From an uncultured Flavobacteriales bacterium (GTDB lineage Bacteria; Bacteroidota; Bacteroidia; Flavobacteriales; UBA7312): a stretch of 64,000 bases of DNA. Where the stretch lies: NCBI GenBank assembly GCA_964004705.1, contig CAXFOQ010000002.1:1971-65970 (forward strand). Direction: 5' to 3'. How positions within the stretch are numbered: the stretch's first letter is position 1; every line of letters starts with the position of its first letter. Below the pieces are notes generated by a model. It saw only the letters and a program-made list of their open reading frames with translations, did no database searches and was not told the DNA's origin. Made by a program: the position numbers and the translations under genes. Shown in pieces: positions 29,554 through 41,736 of this stretch.

Positions 29554-32043
29554 ATGAGATACTTAACCTTACTGCTCACTATAATATTTTTTTGTGCTAA
29601 TCAAGCAAACGCTCAGATTGATGCAGGTGCAGATGTCATTATTTGTAATATTGAAAATGTAGATTTATCTGCTGATTATACTCCTAATTCTATTGGAACA
29701 AGTGATTATACCATTGAAAATATTCCTATTGATATGGATCCTTTTAATTCAGGAACCAATCTAAATGGTCTTGGGGATGATATATATTCGGGTATCATTG
29801 ATATAGGTTTTGATTTTTGTTTTTATGGAAATATTTTTAATCAACTTTTAATCTCTACCAATAATTATGTGACCTTCGATCTTACTAACGCAAGTGCATA
29901 TTCTCCCTGGAATACATATGCTATTCCAAGCGCTGCACCTCCAGGGCAGGTAATTAATGCTATTATGGGACCTTGGATGGACTTAAACCCAAATAATGGT
30001 GGAGGACTATACTACAATGTTTATGGTGTTGCTCCATTTAGAAGATTTGTAGCCTCTTTTGAAAACTTTGGTTATTTTAGTTGTGCAGGATTACAATTTA
30101 ATGGTCAAATAAAGATTTTTGAAACGACTAATGTCATCGAAATTCATATTCAAGATCAACCATTGTGTGCTAATTGGAATAACGGCGAATCAGTACTAGG
30201 CATAGTAAACGAAGACGAAAGCCAATTTTTAATTGAAGCAGGTTGGAATAATACCCAACTAACAGGTAATAATCAAGCATTTAGATTTGTGCCTGATGGA
30301 GCAAACAACTCTAATGTTACATGGCAAGATGATATGGGTAATGTAGTTGGTAATGGTACGAATATAACTGTTTCACCATTAGTAACAACAACCTACACAG
30401 TAACTGCTTCCGAGTGTCCAGACACATACACAGATGATGTGACAGTATTCGTTTCTACACCAGTTATAATTGATGCTATAGTTGACGATAACATTTGTCC
30501 TGGAGAAATTTTTGGTGCAATTGATATCACTACCTCTAATGGTACCGCACCATTCAGTTTTGATTGGACTTCTTTGAATAATAATTATACATCTTCTAGC
30601 GAAGATATTAGTAGCCTTTTGTCAGATACTTACAACTTAACGCTTACAGATGATTTAGGCTGTGTATATACAGCAGGTCCTTTTGTAATATCTCCACCAC
30701 CACAAAATATTGAGATATTTGAATCCATAGATCCTGTAAGCTGCTTTGGATTTAGTGATGGTATAATTAGTACAAACGTAAGCGGCGGTACACCTCCATA
30801 TATTTATAATTGGACAGGTGACAATCCTATGACAGGAAATGGAACATCAATAATAAGTGATTTAGCATCTGGAAATTATCAGATCAGTGTAACAGATAAT
30901 AACAATTGTCAAAACTCTGCCTCATATTTCTTACCTGAAAATTCTTCAATTTCACTGAGCAGTACAATTTCTGACTATAACGGTTTTAATGTAAGATGTT
31001 ATGGCGGAGACGATGCTTGGGTGTCTTGTGTAGCAAGTGGTGGTATGCTTCCATACACATATAACTGGGTTGACTTATCGACTAATGATATCATTTCAAA
31101 TCAAGCTGATATTTACAACATAGTTGCTGGAAGCTATACATTTACCGTTGAAGATGCAGAAGGCTGTCCTAATAGCATCACTTTTGATATCACTCAACCA
31201 GACTCTCTATCTCTAGACATTGCTAACTACAGTCATAAAAGCTGCACCTATAACAACGATGGCTTTATTGAGGTATCATCTTGGGGCGGGCCAGACAACC
31301 CACCCTATTCAGAGCAATTTTTACCAATTTCGTTTGTTTGGAAAGGAGAAAATTCGTTTTACTCTACTGACCAAAACATTTATAACTTATCCGAAGGTTC
31401 ATATACTATTACCGTTGAAGATGCTAACCAATGTATTAACGATTTAACTTTCGAAATTACACAGCCTCCTTTTGTAATAGCTGACTACAGAGTTATGGAT
31501 GATACGGTAACAACCAACTATCCTATAGTCAACTTGTACGATAATTCAGAAGGTAATATCGTAGAGTGGCAATGGGAATTAAGTAATGGATTTACTGCTA
31601 ATTCTCAAAATGTTATGAATTTAGATTTATCAACAAATTTAGATAGTACTGGTATTAAATATTACGATTTGAAATTAGTAGTTATTGACGAATTTATGTG
31701 TAAAGATAGTATCTATGGAACTTTAGCTATAAAAGAAGAACATACTTTATTTGTTCCTAATGGTTTTACTCCAGATTTGGACGGTAATAACGATACATTC
31801 AAAATATTTCATCACGCTATGAAAACAGAAACGTTTTCTATATCTATTTTTGATAGATATGGTTCATTAGTATTTCAGTCTAATGATCCAGATATGGCAT
31901 GGGACGGTACGAATATAATAACAGGAAGACCACTCATTACAGGAACTTATTCATATGTACTTAGCTATCAAGATTTTGAATACCGAATTTACGATCACAC
32001 CAATTGTGAAAATTGTACTGGTACTATTACTTTAGTTAGATAA
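29554..32043 (+). CDS. SprB-repeat adhesin-like protein with T9SS type B (gliding motility-associated, CHU_C) C-terminal domain
   Basis: Signal peptide MRYLTLLLTIIFFCANQANA. It has several C.G..DG.I...SGGT.PY.Y.W units (SCFGFSDGIISTNVSGGTPPYIYNW, RCYGGDDAWVSCVASGGMLPYTYNW). The C-terminus LFVPNGFTPDLDGNNDTFKI...FDRYGSLVF...WDGT...GTYSYVLSY is the type B sorting-domain pattern. The ORF-track TTG start (29497) is replaced by the ATG at 29554. Confidence 0.85.
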   Translation: MRYLTLLLTIIFFCANQANAQIDAGADVIICNIENVDLSADYTPNSIGTSDYTIENIPIDMDPFNSGTNLNGLGDDIYSGIIDIGFDFCFYGNIFNQLLISTNNYVTFDLTNASAYSPWNTYAIPSAAPPGQVINAIMGPWMDLNPNNGGGLYYNVYGVAPFRRFVASFENFGYFSCAGLQFNGQIKIFETTNVIEIHIQDQPLCANWNNGESVLGIVNEDESQFLIEAGWNNTQLTGNNQAFRFVPDGANNSNVTWQDDMGNVVGNGTNITVSPLVTTTYTVTASECPDTYTDDVTVFVSTPVIIDAIVDDNICPGEIFGAIDITTSNGTAPFSFDWTSLNNNYTSSSEDISSLLSDTYNLTLTDDLGCVYTAGPFVISPPPQNIEIFESIDPVSCFGFSDGIISTNVSGGTPPYIYNWTGDNPMTGNGTSIISDLASGNYQISVTDNNNCQNSASYFLPENSSISLSSTISDYNGFNVRCYGGDDAWVSCVASGGMLPYTYNWVDLSTNDIISNQADIYNIVAGSYTFTVEDAEGCPNSITFDITQPDSLSLDIANYSHKSCTYNNDGFIEVSSWGGPDNPPYSEQFLPISFVWKGENSFYSTDQNIYNLSEGSYTITVEDANQCINDLTFEITQPPFVIADYRVMDDTVTTNYPIVNLYDNSEGNIVEWQWELSNGFTANSQNVMNLDLSTNLDSTGIKYYDLKLVVIDEFMCKDSIYGTLAIKEEHTLFVPNGFTPDLDGNNDTFKIFHHAMKTETFSISIFDRYGSLVFQSNDPDMAWDGTNIITGRPLITGTYSYVLSYQDFEYRIYDHTNCENCTGTITLVR

Positions 32044-32108
32044 ATCAAAAATATACGCACAATAATAAAGCGCTAAATTGAGGACTTTTATATTTATTGA
32101 ATAGTTAT

Positions 32109-34058
<1,950 letters not shown>

Positions 34059-34168
34059 TTATTAACTTGGCTACATACTAGATTAAAACAAAGGTAAAAA
34101 AAGGACAATAAATCAATAAAAAAAAGTAAGAAATATAGTGTCTACTTATTAACAATTAGTGAATAAGT

Positions 34169-35866
34169 TTAAAAACGCAAAGACAAGCCAAAAAAGACTT
34201 GAGGGCCCAGAACTGGATAATTTTCCCAAACCTGATATCCACCTATCAGATTTTGAGCTTTACAATAGGCAGAAAAAATAGAATTGTATTTATACTCTAA
34301 AGAAAAATTAACATCTATAATATCATTTAATAATGGCACACTATTAGCTGTATTAGCAGCATTTGAACGATCAAATGCACCAACTAGCTCAATTTGAGGT
34401 ATGATTTTATCTCCAATATTATAAGAAAAACCTAATTTAGAAACTAAACTTGGTTTATAGGCATAGTCCTTTAAAGTATCTAAGTCGTAATTATGGTAGT
34501 CTAATTGAAGGTTTATATTTGCGTTAGAATTCATTTCCCAATCTAGTAAAGAAGACAATAATAAATGATTGACATCATCATAAACTACCTTAAACTTATT
34601 TTGATAAGTTGAATTATCATCTAAATCGAAAAAATGCATATCTTTTACTCTAGAATATGATAATTCTGAAGACCAATTTATATTTAATCCTAAATAGGAA
34701 TTCATACCAACATAAAAATCATACATAATTCGACTATTAACGAGATTTAAACTACCTCCGTCTGATGTTAAAGCGTTTAAAATAAAAGGATTCTCTTTAC
34801 TTAATTCCCAATACGAATTTTGATTTAGACCACCTCTAACACCAGCATACGCACTTAAATTCTTTTCTGAAAAAATATAATTGTAATGAATTTGTGGAAA
34901 AACAGCATAACTAATTTCGGATGAGTCTCTTTTATCTATCGATTTTAGCTCAAAACCTAAATTCAAATATCCTCCAGAAATTTCTCTACTTACTGTTGGA
35001 TTAAAAGTTAAAATTAATTCTTTTTTTAAACTATCTGAAAAGACAATTTTTTCTGAAAGATTGTTGAAATCATAATCCATATCTAACTTTAGACTATAAT
35101 TATTCAAACCAATAGTTTGTTGGGCAGAAAATAAAAATGAAACTAAATTTTCAGTAAATTCATTTAAGTCGTAGGCAAATAATTTAGCATAATAGGATGG
35201 CTTACTCTTATCTGTATTTTTACTTTGAAGTGATACACTTACAGTTGAATATCCCCAATATTCCTGAGTAAATTCCTCGTCTAATTTTAAATTAGGATTA
35301 TAGCCATAAGCTTGAAAAACATTTCCTTGTCTGTAAAAATAAGCATTGATTATACCAAAATCTAAATCTTTTTTGATGTAAGCAGAAAAATCTGTTTCTC
35401 TAAAATCTGCAGATACTTTTTGTTCGTTATCAAAAAGACTTTTAACATCAAAATACGACTGTACATAACTATAAGCTAATCCGTATGTCAAAGATTTATT
35501 TCTATCTGAACTGTAAAAAATCTTACAAGTAGGTAAACTAAAATTACCAAAACCTCCGTAAATATAAGTATGATAAAGCTTTGAAAGCGGTTCACCTTTT
35601 ATCTTAGCGGATTTAATAGGATTCAGCTTCAACTGACTTTCAAATCGACGGCTTAATGGCTTGTAACTGACATTTTTGGTGACTTTAATGGTATCTGACA
35701 GCTTTGGGTTATCAGCCAATTTGATAGCGTCTGGCACATCAGGAATAAAAGATTCTGTAACTTGAACTTCTTGAACTCCTAAATCCCCATCTGTTTGGGC
35801 AAAGATGCTTTGACCTGTAAGGAAACATCCAAGAATGTAAAATAATACAATAGTTTTATTCTTCAT
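34169..35866 (-). CDS. Outer-membrane beta-barrel protein, putative porin family
   Basis: Signal peptide MKNKTIVLFYILGCFLTGQSIFAQ. Alternating aromatic-rich beta-strand pattern throughout, with a C-terminal ...FFGLSLRF beta-signal. It resembles the Bacteroidota 'putative porin' proteins of ~560-640 aa (recalled, not searched). Confidence 0.5.
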   Translation of the reverse strand: MKNKTIVLFYILGCFLTGQSIFAQTDGDLGVQEVQVTESFIPDVPDAIKLADNPKLSDTIKVTKNVSYKPLSRRFESQLKLNPIKSAKIKGEPLSKLYHTYIYGGFGNFSLPTCKIFYSSDRNKSLTYGLAYSYVQSYFDVKSLFDNEQKVSADFRETDFSAYIKKDLDFGIINAYFYRQGNVFQAYGYNPNLKLDEEFTQEYWGYSTVSVSLQSKNTDKSKPSYYAKLFAYDLNEFTENLVSFLFSAQQTIGLNNYSLKLDMDYDFNNLSEKIVFSDSLKKELILTFNPTVSREISGGYLNLGFELKSIDKRDSSEISYAVFPQIHYNYIFSEKNLSAYAGVRGGLNQNSYWELSKENPFILNALTSDGGSLNLVNSRIMYDFYVGMNSYLGLNINWSSELSYSRVKDMHFFDLDDNSTYQNKFKVVYDDVNHLLLSSLLDWEMNSNANINLQLDYHNYDLDTLKDYAYKPSLVSKLGFSYNIGDKIIPQIELVGAFDRSNAANTANSVPLLNDIIDVNFSLEYKYNSIFSAYCKAQNLIGGYQVWENYPVLGPQVFFGLSLRF

Positions 35867-38800
35867 CTTCTAAAGTATTTTCTTCTTCAAACAATTCGTT
35901 AAGTTCAATATCGTTTAAAAGATTGATTATTAATTCGTCTTTTTGCGAGTTCTTTTGAGCCTGTTCATTGAGCAAATCTATTTCCGCTATTTTCTGCAGA
36001 CATATCTCCTTTAAATCTTCTCCATCATAGTTATCTACAATACTTTGCAAGGTAGCTTTAGACTGAAAAAGGTTATCTTTTTCTTTGTAGATATCAGCTA
36101 ATAAAATAAACGATTTCGCAATATAAAAGTCACTGTAATAGTTTTCAGCAAGTTCAAAAATTATCTTTTCTGATTGGTCAAAATCACTTTCAAGATAAGC
36201 TAAGTAAGCTAATTGGTATTTGGCCTCCGAGCCTATCTCATACTGATTTTGTTCTGCAATAATTTGGTAATCTTTTTTAGCTAAATGAAATTCTGATTCG
36301 TCAAAATAATTGTTGGCTATTACTAATCTGGCTTCATTGGCCAGTTCGGCATCAACCTTATCCAAATCAAGAACTGCCTTGGCAGATTCTAATAAACTAG
36401 CATTCAATTCTAAATTTTTATAGCAGTAGAAAAGATTTATCGTAGCTTCTCTTAAAAGACTATTTTCTTGAGCAATTGCTTTTAGATTCGTGTAGTGCAA
36501 GGCAGCAACACCGTATTCTTCTTTTTTAAATTCTATTCGTGCCAAACGGCTTAATGCTCTTTCGGTAAACATATTTTGCGAAAATTCTAACACGCTTAAA
36601 TAATCATCTACAGCTAAATCAGGATCTGTAGTAAAGATAGACTCTGCTTTGTAAAAATGAGCGTTTAATTTGAAGATAGGAGCATCGAATTCATTCAGAT
36701 AGTTTTCAAAAGCATCGATAGCCTTTTCGTAATCTTGCTTGAGATATAAGTTTTCTGAGGCTTCATAACTAATGGAGTCTTTAGATGCTATATCTACACT
36801 TAAATTAGACAGCTTCCCTACATAATCGAAGTACGACTTTACATCTCCTGATTCAACAGAAACATTTTTATAAGCTATTAAGGCCTCTTTAGACTCTTTA
36901 GTATTAGGATAATTTTCAATAACTGATTTGAAATAATAAATGGCTGAGTCTGAAACACTTTCGTTATAAAAATTCAGACCTAATTTTAAAAGAGCCGTTT
37001 TTACCAAAATACTTTTGGGATGTTTTTTTATCAAGTCTGACAATAAAGCTACAGACTCGTCCTGTCTATCCTCATTCAAATACATGGTACTCAAATTAAG
37101 CATAGCATCATCGTTGTATAGCGACTGTGGATAATCGGAAATTAACTGACTAAGTGCCGTTCTTTTTTTATCTCTCTGATTAGTTAGCCCAAAACATTGT
37201 ATTTGCTGATGTATAGCATAATCAACGTCAAAGGCTCCACTTTCTTCAGCTAATCCGTAAAACTCTTGGGCTCTGGTGTAGTCTTGAGTCATATAATATG
37301 CATCTCCCAATCTGAGATAGGCATCGGTTTGCTTTTGAATATCATCGGATAAACTAATGAATTTTCTAAACCAAAGAATAGCATCTTTATATTTAGAAGA
37401 TTGATAGTAAGTGTAAGCTAAAGAATAGTGAGCTTGTTTGTATTCTTCAAGTAAGAAAGAACCGTCTTTTATATTAAACGCTTTGAAAGATTGAATGGCA
37501 TTACCGTAATCTTTGGTGTGGTAATAAGCTTCGGCTTTCCAATAGTATGCCAAAGCAAACAACTTATTGTCTATGGGGTATTTTATTGACTTATCAAACC
37601 AAGTGATGGATTGTTGGTAGCGTTTGTTTACAAAGTGTTCGGCAGCCAAATAATAGCTTAACTTCTGATACACTTGCTGTTGAGGTAAAGACATACTGCT
37701 TAGTGCAGATAACTTATCTACGGCTGTCTGAAAATCTTTAGTGGAAGTGTAGGCTCTAATGAGTAAATCTTGCACATAATCAATATGTAAAGATTGTGGA
37801 TATTCTTCAATAAATTGTTCAATACTTTCAACGGCATTGTCATAAGATGATTGCTCCTCATAAATTAACTTTAAAGAATTGAAAGCAGCATCTTCTTTAA
37901 GTTTGTAATCAAAATTTATAGCTGAAGCATATTTAAAGGCATTAATAGCTAATGGCTTTTTATCTAACAACAGATAACATTGACCTAATTGATGAGCAGC
38001 AAACTGAGATAAACTGTCTTCGTCGAATAAGACATCTTCAAACTGAATAGTAGCTTTGTTATAGTCCTGCAATTCAAAATAAGATAAACCCAATTGGTAT
38101 TTTTCTATTCTATCCAATGAACTCGAAGCATCATCTGACATGTAACCTTCAAGATAATCAATGGAATTTTGGTATTGACCCACAGCAAAGTATGCATCAC
38201 CAATCAATCGTTTCAATTCTTTATCTCGTTTAGGGTTATAGCTATTTTCCAATAAAGGCTTGGCAAAGTCAATTAGCTCATTGTATCGCTCTTGGTAATA
38301 ATAGATATGAGTAATATAATACTTACTAATGATACCTAATGTCGGAGTACTGATTAACTGCTGAAAACCTTCTAATGCTGTAGCGTAATTTCCCTCTTCA
38401 TAAGCTATATGTGACAGACAATAAGTAGTTAACTCTGAATAGGTGAATGCTACAGATTTGACATCAAAGAAAGCCAACTTAGCTTTTTCATATTTATTTA
38501 AAGAAAAGTAGGAATAACCCAAGCGAAAAAAATACATGGCTTCTTCATCAAACTCCAAATCATACACATTAACATTACTCAATTTAGCAACAACTTTATC
38601 ATATTCTTTGTTTCTGAAATGAAGTTTTGCTAATGAAAGATAGGCTTGTCTGCTGTACTTACCTAAAGGATAATTTTCAAGATATTTCTCAAGTCTAAAT
38701 TGGGCTTCATCGTTAAACAATTCTAAAGCACAAATAGCTTGATGAAACTTAACCCATTCGACATCTGATTCATTGATATTAGAACATTCTTGTAAGGCAT

Positions 38801-38927
38801 CAGACATAGAATATACTAAAGCATACTGTTGATTTTTTAGCAGGTCTTTTATCTGTTCAACGTCACAATTCTGGGCAAAAGAGATTTGACTAATAAGTAA
38901 AAAGAAAATGTAAACTCTTAGTCTCAT
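35856..38927 (-). CDS. Very large periplasmic tetratricopeptide-repeat protein (1023 aa)
   Basis: Signal peptide MRLRVYIFFLLISQISFAQ. TPR/YbgF-like helical repeats cover nearly the full length (many (A/G)xYxxGxxYFxxxxYxxAIxxF units). Acidic tail EEENTLEDEE. Confidence 0.8.
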   Translation of the reverse strand: MRLRVYIFFLLISQISFAQNCDVEQIKDLLKNQQYALVYSMSDALQECSNINESDVEWVKFHQAICALELFNDEAQFRLEKYLENYPLGKYSRQAYLSLAKLHFRNKEYDKVVAKLSNVNVYDLEFDEEAMYFFRLGYSYFSLNKYEKAKLAFFDVKSVAFTYSELTTYCLSHIAYEEGNYATALEGFQQLISTPTLGIISKYYITHIYYYQERYNELIDFAKPLLENSYNPKRDKELKRLIGDAYFAVGQYQNSIDYLEGYMSDDASSSLDRIEKYQLGLSYFELQDYNKATIQFEDVLFDEDSLSQFAAHQLGQCYLLLDKKPLAINAFKYASAINFDYKLKEDAAFNSLKLIYEEQSSYDNAVESIEQFIEEYPQSLHIDYVQDLLIRAYTSTKDFQTAVDKLSALSSMSLPQQQVYQKLSYYLAAEHFVNKRYQQSITWFDKSIKYPIDNKLFALAYYWKAEAYYHTKDYGNAIQSFKAFNIKDGSFLLEEYKQAHYSLAYTYYQSSKYKDAILWFRKFISLSDDIQKQTDAYLRLGDAYYMTQDYTRAQEFYGLAEESGAFDVDYAIHQQIQCFGLTNQRDKKRTALSQLISDYPQSLYNDDAMLNLSTMYLNEDRQDESVALLSDLIKKHPKSILVKTALLKLGLNFYNESVSDSAIYYFKSVIENYPNTKESKEALIAYKNVSVESGDVKSYFDYVGKLSNLSVDIASKDSISYEASENLYLKQDYEKAIDAFENYLNEFDAPIFKLNAHFYKAESIFTTDPDLAVDDYLSVLEFSQNMFTERALSRLARIEFKKEEYGVAALHYTNLKAIAQENSLLREATINLFYCYKNLELNASLLESAKAVLDLDKVDAELANEARLVIANNYFDESEFHLAKKDYQIIAEQNQYEIGSEAKYQLAYLAYLESDFDQSEKIIFELAENYYSDFYIAKSFILLADIYKEKDNLFQSKATLQSIVDNYDGEDLKEICLQKIAEIDLLNEQAQKNSQKDELIINLLNDIELNELFEEENTLEDEE

Positions 38928-39020
38928 TTTTTAAATTTGATGCTAATTTATCAAAGAATATCCCTATTACTATCGTAGAGTCAATAAGTTATTAACAGAA
39001 TGCGTGTGCATAAACAACAC

Positions 39021-39050
39021 TTGACCAACGCAATAAAAAAAGTAAATTTG
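39021..39050 (+). promoter_or_regulatory. Bacteroidota-type promoter for ftsE-like/GT2
   Basis: TTG-(19 nt)-TAAATTTG, ending 21 nt before the ATG at 39072. Confidence 0.5.
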
Positions 39051-39071
39051 TAGAAACTCAAATGTCGAGAA

Positions 39072-39737
39072 ATGTCCCTAATTGAACTCAAACACGTCGA
39101 TGTATTTCAATCCGACCGACTAATCCTAAGCGATGTATCTTTCAGCATACAGCCCACCGAATTTGTTTACCTCATTGGTGCTACTGGTAGCGGCAAAAGT
39201 AGTTTACTTAAAACCTTGTATGCCGAACTTCCTATGAAAAAAGGTCTTGGCGAAGTGGTGGACCATCAACTTTTTGAAATCAAAAAATCTATGATTCCTT
39301 ATTTGAGAAGGAAAATTGGCATTGTTTTTCAAGATTTTCAACTCCTTACTGACCGTTCAGTAAGAGACAATTTAGACTTTGTACTCAAAGCCACTGGCTG
39401 GAAAGATAAGAAAGAGATAAAGGATAGAATTGAAGAAGTTTTAACGAAAGTGGAAATGCTCGACCACATAGACAAAATGCCGTTTGAACTTTCTGGTGGC
39501 GAACAACAACGCATATGCATAGCACGTGCCTTACTCAACGACCCTAAACTGATATTAGCTGATGAACCAACAGGAAATTTAGACCCTGAAACCACAGATA
39601 AGATCCTCAATTTGATTCACGATTTATGTGCTAATGGCTGTGCTGTATTAATGGCAACTCATGAGCATAACTTATTGAATCGTTTTCCGTCAAAAGTCTT
39701 GAAGTGTGAAGACGGCAAAGTCGCTTTTACCGAATAG
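39072..39737 (+). CDS. ftsE: FtsE-like ABC transporter ATP-binding protein
   Basis: Walker [10 protein letters not shown], signature LSGGEQQR, Walker [13 protein letters not shown], and FtsE-like length (221 aa). No ftsX is adjacent. Confidence 0.8.
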   Translation: MSLIELKHVDVFQSDRLILSDVSFSIQPTEFVYLIGATGSGKSSLLKTLYAELPMKKGLGEVVDHQLFEIKKSMIPYLRRKIGIVFQDFQLLTDRSVRDNLDFVLKATGWKDKKEIKDRIEEVLTKVEMLDHIDKMPFELSGGEQQRICIARALLNDPKLILADEPTGNLDPETTDKILNLIHDLCANGCAVLMATHEHNLLNRFPSKVLKCEDGKVAFTE

Positions 39738-40619
39738 ATGTTATCCATCTTAATTCCCATATATAATTTTGCTGTTAAAGAATTAGTGAATGAATTATCT
39801 TCTCAAGCACAGGATTTAAACATACCGTTTGAAATACTTTGTGTAGACGATACTTCCAAAGCTACATACATCAAATTAAACGATGGGCTAGAAAAAATTA
39901 AGGGTGTTAATTACCAATTGAACAAAAAAAATATTGGACGTTCTGCTGTAAGAAATCTACTCACCGATATAGCTCAGTATGACTATTTGTTATTTTTAGA
40001 TTGTGATGTCCAAATAGGTGATGATTTCATTAAAAAATATATTGACTTTAAAGAAGAAAGCGAAGTAATTGTTGGCGGTGTGAGTTATGCCGAATACGAA
40101 CAATTGGAAAAAAATAAACGATTAAGGTGGAAATACGGTAAGTACAGAGAGGAGCGCAAAGCACATTTCAGAAATCAAAAACCTTACGCCTCATTTAGCG
40201 CATGTAATCTATTCATTAACAAGAAAGTTAGTCAGAATATTAGATTTACAGAAAGCTTAACCAGGTACGGCCACGAGGACACCTTATATGGTGCAGAATT
40301 AGAGTTTAACTCTTATACGGTTATGCATATCAACAATCCAATTATACATTTAGGATTAGATGAGGTATCTGTTTTTTTGGAAAAAACAGAATTCGCCCTT
40401 ATCAACCTATTATCTTTAAAAAAAAGTCACCCTAGGGCATGTAAGAATATCAAAATTTTTAACTACTACAACTTCATTAGAAAAACAATGTTTTTAACTA
40501 AAGGCATTTTTATTTTTTGGAAATATTGTTGTCGTAAATTACTAATGAATGGAAGCGCCAATCTAATGGTGTTCGATTTGTATAAACTCAGCTTTATGCT
40601 TTGTCTAAAAAAGGACTAA
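39738..40619 (+). CDS. Glycosyltransferase family 2
   Basis: LSILIPIYNF..., LCVDDTS, and LLFLDCDV (DxD) give a GT-A fold pattern. The ATG immediately follows the ftsE-like stop. Confidence 0.8.
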   Translation: MLSILIPIYNFAVKELVNELSSQAQDLNIPFEILCVDDTSKATYIKLNDGLEKIKGVNYQLNKKNIGRSAVRNLLTDIAQYDYLLFLDCDVQIGDDFIKKYIDFKEESEVIVGGVSYAEYEQLEKNKRLRWKYGKYREERKAHFRNQKPYASFSACNLFINKKVSQNIRFTESLTRYGHEDTLYGAELEFNSYTVMHINNPIIHLGLDEVSVFLEKTEFALINLLSLKKSHPRACKNIKIFNYYNFIRKTMFLTKGIFIFWKYCCRKLLMNGSANLMVFDLYKLSFMLCLKKD

Positions 40620-41676
40620 AAACACCCTCTAGTATCTGAGATTCATTTTGCCAGTTTAACTCCTTTTTGGCCTTTGTAAAGTCATAAGAGCTTATTTTTT
40701 GAGACATTTCCTCAATTTGTTTAGCAATACTTTGTGGTGTTCTTTCACGAATTAATTCACCAATTTGATAGTGATTCATTATGCTTTTAACCTCAACCAA
40801 AGACGATGCCAAAACAGGCGTATCGGCATGAATATAATCGAACAATTTATTAGGCAAACTGTATTCAAAACTCAAGCCTACAGGCTCTTCAAATAATATA
40901 CCAATACTAGCTTGTTCGGTATGAGCTTTCAAATCATTAAAAGGCAAACGACCTAAAAACTCTACTTTATGTTCCACCCCTTTTTGTTTAGCTAATGCTT
41001 TTAGGGTCTTTAACTCATCGCCTTTGCCTATAATTTTAAGTTTAAAATCATCTAAATAGCTCATCATTTCTATGGCTAGTTCTAAACCTCTACCTGGGTT
41101 CATGCCTCCTTGATAAATAATAGTTTTAGAGCTAGAGTGAGCCGAAGATGATGGGCTTAAATAAGGAACATTACGAACTACTTTCATAGTTATACCGTAT
41201 CTATCCTTATAAAACTGTGCTATGGAATGGCAGACTGTGTAGCTATATTTAATTTTTGGTAAAATCCAGCGTTCTAAGCTTTCCCATATTTTCTTTTTGG
41301 TTGGACTATATATCAGTTCTGGAGCTTCTGGAAAAAGCTCGTGGCTATCATACACCAAAGGAATACCTTTATATTTAGATGCTAAAAAATTGGCCAATAA
41401 GGTGTCTAAATCGTTACTCAATAACAGATGGCTTTTGCTAAACAGTAATATCAAAAACAAACGGAAATTATACTCCAAATAAAACAATGGCCCTGAAGAA
41501 AAAAGCAAGGTCATTCGCTTAGTCGTATAGCTACGATATAAGACTTGACTGAAGGACAACTTCCTACCCCATAAAATCACCTCAAAGCCCATAGACTCCA
41601 AACTTTGGCAAACCTTATGCACCCGTTGGTCAGTACTAATATCATTAGTTACAGAGACGATGATTTTTTTCCTCAT
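40594..41676 (-). CDS. Glycosyltransferase family 1/4 (GT-B)
   Basis: 360 aa with the C-terminal GT1 pattern (GRLPFNDLKAHTEQASIGILFEE..., NKLFDYIHADTPVLAS). Confidence 0.8.
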   Translation of the reverse strand: MRKKIIVSVTNDISTDQRVHKVCQSLESMGFEVILWGRKLSFSQVLYRSYTTKRMTLLFSSGPLFYLEYNFRLFLILLFSKSHLLLSNDLDTLLANFLASKYKGIPLVYDSHELFPEAPELIYSPTKKKIWESLERWILPKIKYSYTVCHSIAQFYKDRYGITMKVVRNVPYLSPSSSAHSSSKTIIYQGGMNPGRGLELAIEMMSYLDDFKLKIIGKGDELKTLKALAKQKGVEHKVEFLGRLPFNDLKAHTEQASIGILFEEPVGLSFEYSLPNKLFDYIHADTPVLASSLVEVKSIMNHYQIGELIRERTPQSIAKQIEEMSQKISSYDFTKAKKELNWQNESQILEGVFSPFLDKA

Positions 41677-41736
41677 ATTTGCGAAAATACATAAAATAGA
41701 ATGAGTAAATCATAAGTATTCATACCTTTGAACTAT

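Noticed and set aside
35856-38927. Identifying the 1023-aa TPR protein as SprE/PorW (T9SS TPR lipoprotein).
   Set aside because: Its signal peptide is followed by FAQNC, which is not a convincing lipobox. I cannot verify homology by eye, so a generic TPR call is kept.
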